NCBI GenBank assembly: GCA_951406725.2
Contig: OX597820.1
Location: forward strand, 88,226,001 to 88,290,000
Length of the DNA: 64,000 nt
Direction: 5' to 3'
Origin: Octopus vulgaris
Taxonomy: Eukaryota
The translations under genes were made by a program, and so were the position numbers. The notes under the pieces are model-generated. The model was not told where the DNA came from, did no database searches, and saw nothing but the letters and a program-made list of their open reading frames with translations. How positions within the stretch are numbered: the stretch's first letter is position 1; every line of letters starts with the position of its first letter. Shown in pieces: positions 1 through 13,230 of this stretch.

Positions 1-425
1 TTTACTTGTTTCAATCCTTTGACTGTGGCCATGCTGGAGCACCGCCTTTAGTCAAGCAAATCGACCCCAGGACTTATTCTTTGTAAGCCTAGTACTTATT
101 CTATTGGTCGCTTTTGCCGAAACGCTAAGTTACAGGGATGTAAACACACCAGCATTGGTTATCAAGTGATGTTGGGGCGACAAACACAGGCGTACAAACA
201 CACACACATATATATATACATATACATATATACGACAGGCTTCTTTCAGCTTCCTTCTACCAAATCCACTCACAAGGCTTTGGTCGGCCCAAGGCTATAG
301 TAGAAGACACTTGCCCAAGATGCCACGCAGTGGGACTGAACCCGAAAGCATGTGGTTGGTAAGGAAGCTACTTTATTTCATTAAATTTGTCATAAAGACA
401 GTACCACACAGCCACTTCTGCACCT
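1..425 (-). mobile_element. SINE family A (tRNA-derived, CORE-like), CpG-decayed copy
   Basis: Same sequence as the copies at 21024-21472 and 23969-24387, with several CpG->TpG/CpA changes. Confidence 0.85.
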
Positions 426-629
426 GATTAATATAACTTCCATTTTAGATAGAGTACAAGTCAAGTTCAGGTAACATTTGCAGATGATTCAGTGCCTGTT
501 CCAAATAGTTAGAGGAACTGTGTCATGTAGAAATGTGTGATTCAAATACGCAACAAAACAATCTGTTTCAGAAGAATACAAAGGACCTGTGTTTATGTTC
601 TATTTAGTAAAATAAGAGATCAAGATTTC

Positions 630-1175
630 CTTGAATATGGTCTCACTTGTCCTGCCGGGTTCTGTGCGTGAGAAGACCCGGCAGAACAAGTGAGACCATA
701 ACCCGTGGCCTTTACCTGGGATGTAGCCAGTCCACTTATGCATACCTTTCCTTCTTTGGACACAAAACTCTGCTTGCGAAGACCTGTTGAGGCAAGTGAA
801 ATCGAAATCGATCAAAAAATCAATGGAAATTGTAGTTTTGATACCAGTGCCGGTGGTACATAAAGAGAACCATCTGAACGTGGCCGTTGCCAGCGCCGCC
901 TCGACTGGCTTCCGTGCCGGTGGCATATAAAAAGCACCAACCGATCATGGCTGTTGCCAGCCTCACCTGGCACCTGTGCTGGTGGGACGTAAAAAGCATC
1001 CACTACACTCACAGAGTGGTTGGCGTTAGGAAGGGCATCCAGCTGTCGAAACACTGCCAGATCAGACTGGAGCCTGGTGCATCCTCCTGGCTTCCCAGAC
1101 TCTGGTTGAACCATCCAACTCATGCTAGCATGGAAAACGGATGTTAAATGATGATGATGATGATGATGATGATGA
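630..1175 (+). mobile_element. SINE-like family C with (GAT)n tail. Other copies at ~1500-1620, 2320-2700, 4410-4620, 8925-9230, 11920-12160, 16065-16236
   Basis: Shared tggcgttaggaagggcatccagctg...catgctagcatggaaaacgg..ttaaa(tga)n; variable tandem gtgccggtggcacgtaaaagcac modules; RTE-like short-repeat tail. Confidence 0.75.
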
Positions 1176-3106
1176 GGATAGGAATCGCTGTGTAATTAAA
1201 AAGTTTGCTTTACAGTTACGTGGTTTTGAGTTCCCTCCCACAGTACAGCATCTTGGGCATGTGTCTTCTGCTGTCGCCCAGAACCAATCAGTGCCTTGTG
1301 AGAGAAATTGGTAGATGGAAAGAAACTGTATGAAGCCTGTCATGTGCATGTGCACAAGAGTATGACTATATGAATGTTTACATTGTGTGCTTTACATGAA
1401 AAAGCATTTAGCAACAAACTGTGATGTCAGTTGTTATTCTCTGTCAAGTAATTCTGAGTTAACTCTGAACTCTCAGAGACATTTGAAATAAGAAAAGTCT
1501 CTTACTTGAAAAATAGATAAGAGTTAGTGACAGGAAGGGCATCCATCTGTAAAAAAATACCTCGATAAGATGTATTTCTCTAACTCATGCTGTCATGGAA
1601 AAACAGACGTAAAGTGAACAAATTAATGAGTGATGGACCAAATGAACAAAGCTGGTTTAATACATGGAGCTTTTTCTACAAGCCAATAAAATACTTGTCA
1701 GGTCTGTAAGTCACAGATGCCTCTAGCAAATGGAATAGGCAATGTTGGGATGTGCTTGGTTGTAGGTCTGCTCAGTCAAGTTGACCAGGAGCTAAACAAC
1801 GGCAACAATTTAAAGCTGAATGAGCCAACATGTGAACTTCTACATGGCCACTCAATCTACTAGAAATAGCAGCCAAATCTCATTTAAAGGACCCTCTACT
1901 ATCTTAATAACTAAATAAATACAGACACATTGTATATGTAGATATTATGATGAAGTGAAAGGTGGTGAGTTACCAGACCCAATAGCATGCTGGGCAAAAT
2001 ATTTAATGGTATTTTGTCCATCTTTACATTCTGCATTCAAATTCTGCTGAGGTCTACTTTACCTTTTCTCCCTTTTGAGGTCAATAAAATTAGTACCAGT
2101 TGAGTACTGGAGTTGATGTAATATTTTAGCCCCCTTCCCCAAAATTGCTTGTCGTGTGCCAAAATTTGAAATTGATACTATGATAAAGTGGTCACAGTTG
2201 GATTGTTTGTGGTCATAGGTCATTTGGTTCAGACTTGGGAATAAACCACAGCTTAAAACTGGTTCTCAGTCGGAGGCCCATCAGACTCCTAGTTGTCAGT
2301 AAGGTAAATACAGGGTCATCACCATCATCATCATTTGGCGTTTCTTATCCATGTTGGCATGGGTTGGACAGTTTGACCAGGGCTGGTAAGCCGAGGCGTG
2401 GCACTAGACTCCTGTCTGATTTGGAATAGTTTCTATGGCTGGATGCCCTTCCTAATGCCAACCACTCCGAGAGAGTAATGGATGCTTTTACGGGTCTCCT
2501 AAATGTAATAGGTGCTTGGTGAGTCTTCTCAAGCATGGCATATTGCCAAAATTCTTGGTCATTTGTCATTGCCTCCATGAGGTCCAACACTCAAAAGGTA
2601 CTTTTTCCACGTGCCACTGGCACAGGTGCCAGTGACATGACACCAGCATTGGCCATGACTACGATTTCATTTGGCTTGATGAGTCTTTTCAAGCATAGTA
2701 TATCACCAAAGATAGATCATTCGTAAATCAAGGGTCTATGGGAAAATTAATTTAATTAAAAATAAACCCTTGTCAGTGAAAAATTTAGGAACCACGACTA
2801 ATAACAGGGACTAGGGTTTGAATCAGCAACCTTTTGGTTGTTTGTCAGTTGATCTAGGCATTTAGTAATTTTAGCTATAAACATTTTGATAATTTATCTT
2901 TTTTTTTTTTTGTTATGGTTTTCACTAAGAATGAGGGCAGCACTTAGGACCTCTTGAGACTGCTGGGGATATCCATTCCTGCACTCCCAAACTCTCAGCT
3001 TGCATACGAGTTAATAATCACAATCATGCAATTTTGTCACAACTTATTTAATTAAGAATTTTAAGATAAGTCATTAGAGAAATTAATGCAACCAAAGTAA
3101 CAATAC

Positions 3107-3577
3107 CTGTTTAAAGGAATGTTTTAAGCTATGATTCTGTAATTCCACAAGAAATGGTGTCAGATTCCATAATCCTCTACTGTCATTTAGATCCAAGGTT
3201 CCTTTGGCTGCTGAAACAAAATTTTCATTGAAGGTATCATAGTTGATTTTCCAACTGCTTTTGTCTTGGTAATCAATATAAATGTCTTTCAGTTTCTCAG
3301 ACAGCTGTGTGCTAGACAAAATATCATAATAAGTGTTTTCCTGACACATTTCTTCAAACAATGTATCTGTCTTCCAGCAATCAGCCATATGAATCCTATG
3401 GTCTTTCTCTTGAAGTAAACGGATGCAGTGTGAATGTTGAAGCAAAGTGAAACCCCCACAAAGGGTAAAAGCGATCCGAATTAATTTCTCTCCGTGCCAT
3501 AAACCAACATCTTGAAGATTTGAAGAGCTGTAGGAAAGAATGCCAGGTCCAAGTCTTTCATCTTCTTTATATAAACC
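3107..3577 (-). CDS. ANKMY1: ANKMY1-like coding exon (471 bp); gene continues beyond the left edge of the window
   Basis: Acceptor ttctag|; GLYKEDERLGPGILSYSSSNLQDVGLWHGEKLIRI...WNLTPFLVELQNHSLKHSFKQ; donor CAG|gtattg. The GLYK-D-R-GPG, QDVGLW and N-TP-L motifs match ANKMY1 as recalled; includes ORF 3083..3445. Confidence 0.88.
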
Positions 3578-3594
3578 CTAGAATATAACAGAAA

Positions 3595-4050
3595 TACAAC
3601 AAAAATGGAAAGGGAAGCACCAAAGGCTGGGTTGAGAATCAGCAGTCAAAAACTGAAGGTAATGCAAGTTGGGAAAAGTAGAAAATGTATCAGTAAAAGT
3701 TGGACAAGAACCAGTTGAAGAAGTTACAAACTCCACATATCTGGGAAGCATAGTGACAAGCAACAGCAATGCAGAGACAGATGTAAGCTGCAGAATTGGC
3801 AAAGCAGAAGCAGTATTTAGAAGACTGACAACACTTTGGGGTAGCAATAACATGAAGATTTGTCTGTAAAAAACAGCAATACTGCCCTTAGTGATCTAGG
3901 CAGCTGAGACCTGGAAGTTGACAGCAAAAATCACTCACCAACTCGACATATTTCATCAGTGGAGCCTCAGAACGATCCCAAGAATCACTTATTGAGACAG
4001 TGACAAATGAAGCCATTCTCCAAGCAGCAAAAAGAAGGCCTCTGCATGCA
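3595..4050 (+). mobile_element. RTE LINE fragment (RT C-terminal region)
   Basis: GLRIS--K-KVM...EEVTNSTYLGSIVT--SNAETDVSCRIGKA-AVFRRL--LW, then ETWKLT. Confidence 0.8.
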
Positions 4051-4953
4051 GTTCTAACCATATCTGCATTTACTTTGAATAAGAATCCACTCAGAAGAAC
4101 AGCATTTTAGAAAGGGAAATAGAGACAATATTCATGAACAATCTTTCAAATGAAACAAATTATGAATACTATGTAGTTATCTTCAAGAGTTCAGTTAAAC
4201 GAATGAAAGTGCAAATAAAGAATTATCCAGAATTCAGACCGCCTCCTCTTCCTTAATATATATATCTTTTATCTTTTACTTGTTTCAGTCATTAGACTTC
4301 AGCCATGCTGGAGCGCCGCCTTGGAGTATTTTTAGTCAAATGAATTGACCCCAGAACTTTTTCTTTTAAAGAATGGTACTTATTCTGTTGGTCTCTTTTG
4401 CTGAACTGGCAAGCTGGAAGGCTGCACCAGACTCCAGTCTGATTTGGCAGTGTTTCTCCAGCTGGATGCCTTCCTTATGCCAACCACTCCAAGAGTGTAA
4501 TGGGTGCTTTTACGTGTCACTGGCATGGGCTCCATTTGTCTGACACCGGTACCTGCCACAACTGCGATTTTGCTCGGCTTGATGGGTCTTCTTCTCAAGC
4601 ACAACATAACGCCTTAACTTACAATGCCAATCATTGTCACTTGATGCTAACACACGGACATAGCAGAGAACCTACAAAAATTTCTTAGACCAGTCATGTG
4701 AGGACCTTGTACCAATAAAATCCTATTCAAAACATATAAAAACGGGGCAAACTTCAGACACTAGTCAGAAGCAAGACAGCTGTGACATAAGCCATGTCTT
4801 TCTATTTGAATTTTTTAAAAATCAGTGTAAACTGTGAAACCGGTAAAAGATTTAAATATGAATTTAAAATATTCTAACTATTCTCAGTACATTTTTGACT
4901 TCTATATTTCTACCCGTGAGGAATAAAATAGCTTAGTTTTATATATATATATA

Positions 4954-5954
4954 CATGAAGTGATATCAAAAGGTTTCTAGACTAGTTATATTTGACTAAA
5001 AAAAACTTATTTACTTAGTTTTAACATCATCCCTTTTGAAATAGTCGCCTTGCATAACAAGGTCCTTGACTCACTTACAGTAAATGGTTTCCAGGCCAGA
5101 TTCCAAAAGCACCAGGAATGCTGGGACCAGTGTATTGTTGTGCAAGGCGACTATTTACCTAGTTTTAACATCAACTCCTTTAAAATAGTTGCCTTACACA
5201 ACAATACACTGGTCCCAGCGTTTTTGGAATCTGGCCTGGAAGCTGTTTTCCATAAGCGGGTCAAGGACCTTCTGTGATTCACTTTGGATCACGACAATGG
5301 TGACCTTTGAGCCACATTTTTATCTTGGAGTAGAGATGGAAGAAGTCTGCAGGTGCTAAATCTAGTGAATAGAGTAGGGGTGCAGCAGTGATACCATGTT
5401 GTGGAGTGCTAAGAATCCAGTTCTTAGCACTCCACAGATCCGTTCGCTTTCACTAAATGTCCTCTCTCAAATGCTTCCAAACGTTGCAGTAGAACTCTCA
5501 ATTGATGGTCTGGCTCTGGGAGATGAATTCTCAAAGCATAATACCACATTTCCAGGGGTGATGCTCATGGCAGGTCTTCCAGATAGCTCATCATCTGCCA
5601 GGGATGTTCTTCCACCTTTGGAAGTACCCATGCCACTTAAAACAATGCTTACGACCCATTGCCTCATTGCCTTAAGCTTGTTGAAGCCTGCTCAATGTCT
5701 CTGTAGCAGACTTCCCAAGTTTAATGCAAAATTTCATGTTGACTCTGTTCCTGTCTATGAAAAAAAATCACAAACTACAGCATACACATGATCACAAAGA
5801 CACAAATTTCACAGCATGCAAAGCAAACACAGTGATGTCATTTGGCACACTGCCTCATGAAGGTCACTGCTAGCTCTCACTGGGCATGCAACTGTGTGCT
5901 GCCATCTGTTGGCATGCTACAAAACTAGTCAGGGAATGTTTTGATACCAAGTTG
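4954..5954 (-). mobile_element. Decayed mariner element
   Basis: Imperfect TIRs (atcaaaa..tt.c..gactagtt) at both ends in TA context; GRTSLADDELSGRP. Confidence 0.75.
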
Positions 5955-7574
5955 TATATAAGTCTGAGACACCCTTCGGTCATGACTGGCCGTGGGATTG
6001 CACCTAGAAAGTTACCCTACCAGGCACAAGTCCAGGCAAGGTTGTTTATGGAAGACCAGTAGTCGCCCATGCATACCAGCCTCGCCTCTCCATACCACCA
6101 ATGTTATCCAAGGGAAAGAAAATTGCCAATACAACTTGATACTTACTAGTGATGTCACAACTCATTTCTACAGCTGAGTGAACTGGAGCAATGTGAAATA
6201 AAGTGTCTTACTCAAGAATGAAACACACAGCCCGGCACGGTATTCGAACTCACAACCTTGCAATCATAAGCTCAACGTTCTAACCACTGAGCCATTTATA
6301 TAAGTTAAAATTAAAGTTTAAATTTAAATTTAAAATTTAACATTGCATGATTGGTATGTCCCTATACTTTGATACTTTGATAGGTTTCGGCCATTATTGG
6401 CCCAGGCCATGTCTAACTTAATAGCACCACCTGGTCTAACTTAATAGCACCACCTATAGTATGCCAACAAAGCATGTTGGCTACCTGAAATTGCACACTG
6501 CCTATGGCTACCTGTAATTGTAATCCACAGTAATTGCACAATTATTGCTGGATTACATTAGGAATTCCTCAGTGCATATTGAGTATAGTAGAAACAATGG
6601 ATAGGGAAGATAGAGAATACTGGAAAATTTGATTATCACAATGCTCATTTTGGTACATTCTGCATTGCTCCCTTTCAGGTGGGAAACTATACAATGAATT
6701 ATGGTGCATCCCACAGTGCAGAAGCATCTCATCAGGTTAACACAGTTTCTCATTATGCAAGTAATGTTTTGCTCTTAATCTTAACTAGAGCATGTTGATA
6801 GTAGCCGTATCTAAAATCTTACATTACACATACACACATATATGACGCGTTTCTATCAGCTCCTATCTACCAAATACATTCACAAGGCTTTGGTTGGCCT
6901 GAACCTACAGTAGAAGACACTTACGCAAGGTGCTACACCGTGGATCTGAACCCAGAACCATGTGGTTGGGAAGCAAGCTTCTTAGCATGCAGCCACATCT
7001 GCACCTTAAAAAAATAGTGCTTGAACTCATCTGGTATCACAGGTGGGGAAGAACCTTGCTTCCTCACAATATAGTTCCAGTTTCAGTCCCACTGCATGGC
7101 CCCTTTGGCAAGTGTCTTCTAACCATAATAGTTTCAACGATGTTGATAGACTTTTTAGAAGAGACCCTTAGAAACAAACAGTCCATCTGTTTATCTGCCA
7201 ATCTTGATTGTGAGTGAATTTGGAAGTAAATAAGCTATTGTGCTATCTAGACTCATATTAATTAACCAATCTAACTAGTTTCATCTTAGGATAAATTATC
7301 ATTATTTATTTAGCATTTAAAAGTTAGTACAAGGGCTACTGTAAGTAATGCAAAAGGGCTTCTGTGAGCAGGCAGAATCATTAGCACACTGGCCAAAATG
7401 CTTAGTGGTATTTTGGCTGTCTTTACATTCAGAGTTCAAATTCCGCTGAGGTTGGCTTTGCCGTTCATCCTAACAGGATTAGTTAAAATAAGCACTAGTT
7501 GAATACCAGGGTTGATGTAATTGACTTACCTCTTCCCCTGGTATTGCTGGCCTTGTGCCAAAATTTGAAAGCTG

Positions 7575-8291
7575 GGTCGTCTGCTGCTGGAGACGACTGA
7601 CCAGGTAAAGGATCTGGGTATCTTGGTGGATTTTTCCTTTTCGCCTTCGGCCCAGTGCATCCATGCTGCCAACAAAGCACGCAGAGTTCTGTTTTTGATT
7701 CAACGGTCATTCGGAATGCTCACAGCAGCCATATTCCTGCCGCTCTATGTCATGCTGGTGAGACCCATATTGGAGTACGGGATTCAAGCCTCTTCTCCTT
7801 TTCTCCTCAAAGACATACATCATCTCGAAAGAGTCCAGAAGCTGGCTACCTGCATGGTTCTTGGTCTCAAGCATTTGTCTTATGAAGAAAGGCTGAAGAT
7901 GCTTGACCATTATTCTCTAGAAAAACGACGACGCCGTGGTGATCTCATTCTTCCTCACAACATCATAAGAGAAAAGTATAACCTCCCGAAAGAGCTGTTC
8001 TTCACTCCTGCTCCAGAGCGTAGGCTGCGGGGTCACTCCGAAAAGCTCTATCTGTGACGATTTCATCTCAATCGAAGGAGAGGGGCTTTCTCCATCCGGG
8101 TTGTGAATCCGTGGAATAAGCTGCCGGACGAGATAGTGAAGATGCCGACGACTGCTCGGTTCAAAGTCTCTCTTGACCAGAAATGGCCTGAACTCTTTGC
8201 ATGAACACCCCTGTACATAACTCCATGTCCCCCTACATGGCCTTGCTTTTTGCTTTTTGAGCCAAAAAATTAACTTTAACTTTAACTTTAA
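7575..8291 (+). mobile_element. CR1-group LINE, 5'-truncated 3' end
   Basis: KDLGILVD...LYVMLVRPILEYG...LERVQ...LSYEERL...SLEKRR-RGDLI...RGH; (TTAACT)n tail. Confidence 0.9.
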
Positions 8292-8654
8292 GTGATGTTG
8301 TTAATTAAGAGATTATTTTTTCCTTGCCTCATATATAATTTTAATAAGCTTTCGAATGCCTACATTAAATATGTTATTACTAATTATTTGATTTTAATAG
8401 CTACCTGTATATTTCTTTTCCCAACTTATAAATCTTTTTTTTTTTTTAATAATTCAACATTCGTAAATATAGTCCAATACTTATGTTCCAGTTTGTCTTT
8501 CAATAACCTTGCTTTATATCAAATTTCCCTTTTTTTTTTCTTTTGTTTACTTTGGTCACGAGCACTGAAGGTGTTATGATTTCTTTATCATTTACAATAG
8601 ATACTTCTAATTAGACAACAATAGCCCTTCTTAAGAAATAAGTTAAGTATTTAC

Positions 8655-8801
8655 CTCAAACACATTGCCATTTTTGGAAGTAAAAGTGCCATAACCTTCT
8701 TTTTTACTGAGATAAAACATTCCTTTAAATTGTGTTGATTCTGGCCAAAAATACTTCCCATTGCCATGTCGAAAATCTTTGTAGAAACTGCCTTCATATA
8801 C
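8655..8801 (-). CDS. ANKMY1: ANKMY1-like coding exon (147 bp, two MORN repeats)
   Basis: Acceptor ttttag|; VYEGSFYKDFRHGNGKYFWPESTQFKGMFYLSKKEGYGTFTSKNGNVFE; donor GAG|gtaaat; phase 0/0. Resembles vertebrate ANKMY1 [37 protein letters not shown] as recalled. Confidence 0.9.
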
Positions 8802-9889
8802 CTAAAAAGTAATTAAAATCAATTATTTAGCCTAGAACATGTTCCTGAGAATAGTATAGTATGGTAAAATGTAGAATATCGACACAACAACAACCACCAC
8901 CACCACCAACACCACCACCACCACCACCATTTAACATTCGTTTGTCCATGCTGGCATGGGTTGGATGGTGTAACCAGAGCTGACAAGCTGGCAGGAAGGC
9001 AGGGTGCTGCATCAGACTCCAGTCTGATTTGGCATGGTTTCTACAGCTGGACGCCCTTCCTAACACCAACCACTTTACAGAGTGTGCTAGATGCTTTTAC
9101 GTGGTACTGCATGGGCACTTCTTTTATGTGACATCGCATGGGCACTCTCACGAGTCACCACACGGGTGCTTTTATTTGTTGTCACATGGGCACTTTTATG
9201 TAGCACCACCACGAGTGCTTTACACCATCAGAAGGATCAGAAAATCTTGATCAATTGCATTATAAGAAAGTGTTGATAGAATGGTTTGACTTTAAAAATA
9301 TCAACTTATATGTTAAAGCAGTAAAAGTACTGGTCTTGCCTTGAGGCACAAAATGATGATGAGATGAGCACTTGAAGGAAAAGGACTTTGTGTTGTTACT
9401 TATTTTGTTTGTTTTAGTCATTACGCAACTAAGGCTATGCTGGAGCAACTTCCCTATTGACAGAGAAGGAGATGGAGAAAGACCTGAAAGATCAGATCTC
9501 AAATGAAATGGAGATGATATGAGGGTCAATCACAATGAGTGGTGGTATATAGTGCACAAGACCTATCCAACCCACTAGCATGGGAGGAAAATGGATTTTT
9601 AAACATTAAAGCATAGAATAAAATGTTTTGCAGTATTTGTTCTGGTTCTTTACAATGTAGGTTCAAATCCCTTCTGGAGTCAACAAGGTACGAATAAAGT
9701 ACTTGGGTCGATGGTATTTACCAACTAACTTTTTTTTTTATATATATATATACCCAGGCCTATTCACAATTCTTTTAGGAGTGGGTAGCCACAACAAGAC
9801 ACACATTAGGCATTCCATTCATTTCCCAGCTCAAAGAAGTGAGCCCCATGCTATGCTTGGGTCAAGGCATAGAATGCCACCACCAATAT

Positions 9890-11200
9890 CAGCAGTGGGG
9901 CCCAACTGTGTATGCTGGTTTTCCCTGCCACATCATGCTGCTTCCATGCCCCTTTGAGCAACATCAAATTCACTCATCCGTCCACAAACACTCTCCAAGC
10001 TTTCCTATCAGCAATAAACTCTCTTACCTCTCTCACTCCAACACCTTTAACCATCAAAGCTTTCTTCACTCCATCCACACAAACCGAGGTCTGCCTCTGG
10101 TTCTGCTGCCTACCTCTTCTGCCTTCATCACTCTCCTTACCATCCGCTCATCCATCCTCTCCATGTGGCCAAATCACCTCGACATTCATCTAATCATTTT
10201 GGTTGTTAGTTTTTATCTCTTTCCTGCTTGCATTTGCACCTCCTCATTCCTCATCCTATTTCTTTACTGCCCACAAGGGGCTACACACAGAGGGAACAAA
10301 CAAGGACAGACAAATGGATTAAGTCGATTATATCGACCCCAGTGTGTAACGGGTACTTATTTAATTGACCCTGAAAGGATGAAAGGCAAAGTTGACCTCG
10401 GCGGAATTTGAACTCAGAATGTAACAGCAGACGAAATACAGCTACGCATTTCGCCAGGCGTGCTAACGATTCTGCCAGCTCACCGCCTCATTCTTCATCC
10501 TGTCCATCTGTGTCACACCAGTCATAGCCCTCAGACATTTCATCTCAGACACATCTCATCGCCTCCTTTCCACCTCATGTCTCTGCACCATATAACATTG
10601 TCAGCACAATCACGCCCTCATACACACCTCTTTTCACTTTCATATTCAACCTTTTATCTCTCAGCATACTTTTCACAATTCCAAGTATCTTACTCCCCTC
10701 CCTCACTCTATATCCCATTTCCTTAGTCAACCCCACCATTCACAGTCACATGTGATCCCAGATACTTAAAAACATTCACCTTCTCTAATGTCTAACCATT
10801 TATACTCACATCCATCCTACCATCCATTCTATCTCTTGAACATTTTATCACCTTACTCTTAGCTACATTCAGTTTCCTTTTCTCACACACTCTTCCAAAC
10901 TCTACCACTGGTCTCCTCAGTTGCTTTTCCAAATCTGCCACCAGTGCTGTATCATCAGCAAACAACAACTGACTCACCTGCCATTTCTCTCCATTTTCTC
11001 CCAACATTTGGGCTCTCCCACCAGAGGTTCTAGCATTCACCTCTCTCACCATACCATCCATCTATAAATCAAACAGCCATGGAGACATCACACATCCCTG
11101 GTTTAACCCCACCTTCACATCAACCCACTCACTTACTTCACCGCCCACTCTAATGCATGCCCTACTTTCCTGGGTATGACTATAAACTACATCCAGTAGT
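9890..11200 (-). mobile_element. RTE LINE fragment (RT domain)
   Basis: QGCVMSPWLF-L-MDGMVREV...QLLFADDTALVAD...EFGRVCEKRKLNV-KSKV. Confidence 0.9.
10258..10487 (-). mobile_element. SINE family B inserted in an RTE fragment
   Basis: Head aggcgg(c/t)gagctggcagaa, central gcctttcatcctttc(a/g)gggtc domain; 14-bp TSD tcattc(c/t)tcatcct at 10244-10257 and 10488-10501. Confidence 0.9.
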
Positions 11201-12377
11201 GGGACCCTGGGGTCCTGGTTTCAGGGTTTGAGGAGTGTGGAACAACCTCTTAGCCACTCTTGTTCCCAGGTCAACTCTGGCCTGGAGTGGTAGCATCTGT
11301 AAGGGTCCCAGCTTTGGGTTAACTAGCAAACCCCTCTGTGACTTGGGTGGGTGGTGGGGAGTTGGGAGAATGCAGTTGCTGTATTCCCAGCATGGTGTAA
11401 GAGGTGACTAAAAGGGATGGGAGTGAAGGGACTGGGAATCCATTCCTCTTAGTAATTTCATATTCCTAAAAAGACATCAAGGTTAACCAACCAACTACCC
11501 AGTAATAATTACTCATTTAGATTTTTAAAGATGTTGACACATGTTATTTATTATTATGTTTGCACATATTAAGGTGGTGAGCTGGCAGAATTGTTAGCAT
11601 GCCAGGCAGAATGCTTAGCAGTATGTCATCTGACTACATTCTAAGTTCAAATGTCACCAGGTTCAACTTTGCCTTTCATCCTTTCGGGGTTGATCTAATT
11701 GACTAATCTCCTCCCACAAAATTTCAGGCTTTGTGCTTGTAGTAGAAAGGATTATGTTAACACTTATTATTAACACAGTTGCATAAAGAAGTGCTGATCA
11801 CTTAAAGTGGGGAGAAGTTGTGGAAGAGAGAACCCCAGGATGAAGTGTTGAAGGCGAATCTCAAAATGCTAAGCCTTATGAAGGAGTTGACTGAGGGATC
11901 AAGATATGTGGGGCACTGCGACACTCAAGAAGACCCACTTGCCACAGAAGAACTGAGATCATGAAACCATGGTGCCATGTAAAAAGCATTGGTGTGGGTG
12001 CTGATGCCATACAAAAAGCACTGGTGATGGTATCACATAGAAAACACCCAGTACACTCCATGAAGTGATTATGGAACCTCGTGTGGCCTCTGGCGTTGCA
12101 AGTTCCTGTCAAGCCATCCAACCCATGCCAGCATGGAAAACAGATGTTGAATGTTGCTGATATTAATGATTAAAACACATTTACCAAACACAAAATGGTA
12201 AATCTGACAGGAGCCCAAATTGTCAGCTTCATAGAGTACCACCAAAGTTTGAGTACACGCAGACACGATGGAGGGATTAGAAGTTTACTTTACAACCTTA
12301 TGATTCCAGGTTCAATCTTACAATATGGGACTGACCTGTGCATGTAATGGAGGGGCATGTTTTCAATTATTGGTCTT

Positions 12378-12675
12378 ATAATAATAATAATAAACATTGT
12401 GTACAGTGCTCAGGTGCACTACAACTCACCGAAAGTGTATATATAATCAGGTGTAGTTTCGACGGATTTCGGAAAGCATGAGGGCCTTAAAGGATGCAGT
12501 GTCATGGCAGTCAACAACTGACGCAGGCAGTTTATTCCATGCTTCAGCAACTCTGAGTGTGAAGAAATGTTTCCGAAAGTCATGGGAGCTGTGTTGTTTT
12601 CTGACTTTGTAGGCATGTCCACGTGTGTTAGACACATGGAGATCAAAAAGGTGTTCAGTGTTGTTATTGGTGAGG
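12378..12675 (-). mobile_element. CR1-group LINE 3' end
   Basis: NTRGHAYK...RKHFFTLRVAEAWNKLPASVV; (TTA)n tail. Confidence 0.85.
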
Positions 12676-12936
12676 TGGTTTTCACAGGGGAAATTGCTTT
12701 TTTACATTGGTTATGTTTCCCTTGGTTAGGATGATACCAACATCTAACAATGTGCAATGATTCTGCTATGTATCTAAGCACCATCTCTGACCAATATCCA
12801 AAGACTGATAAAAGTCAGTAACAACAATGAGTAACCAGTCCCAAAACAAAAAAAAGTAAGTGGTGTGGTGGGTGAATGACACAACAACAATATAAAATAA
12901 ATAAAATTATTGTAACTTAATAAATATTAAGTAACT

Positions 12937-13135
12937 CAACCTTTTAGCATTCTGATTAATCATATTGTTTTGAATAAATCACACATTGTCTCACAACATC
13001 AAAGGTTTGATGGTGTGATGGTTACTTTTTAGAATGACATAGTAGGGTTGGTGTGAAAGGCCAGATCTGGCTGGTATGAACACACAGGCAAAATATTTGG
13101 GCCTGATGCGGCCAGTTTAAATGCTAAAGGGTTAA
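12937..13135. mobile_element. piggyBac-like (TTAA) MITE; inverted sister copy at 15110-15335
   Basis: Termini ccttttagcatt ... aatgctaaaggg|ttaa. Confidence 0.6.
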
Positions 13136-13230
13136 AGTGTTATGTCTTTAGTTGAGACGACTAATGATTAGATAATAATAAATATAATTTAGTGACAAGG
13201 TACAGAAGATTAATAGTAATTATGTTTTAC

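Noticed and set aside
430-3060. Further ANKMY1-like exon downstream of 3107
   Set aside because: No minus-strand segment with splice sites and ankyrin-region similarity found; the next exon is probably outside the window.
6375-6410. Hammerhead-like fragments (minus strand ggccaataatggccgaaac; also 4797-4850 gaaaccggta)
   Set aside because: The CUGANGA core is missing or disrupted; cannot be distinguished from chance.
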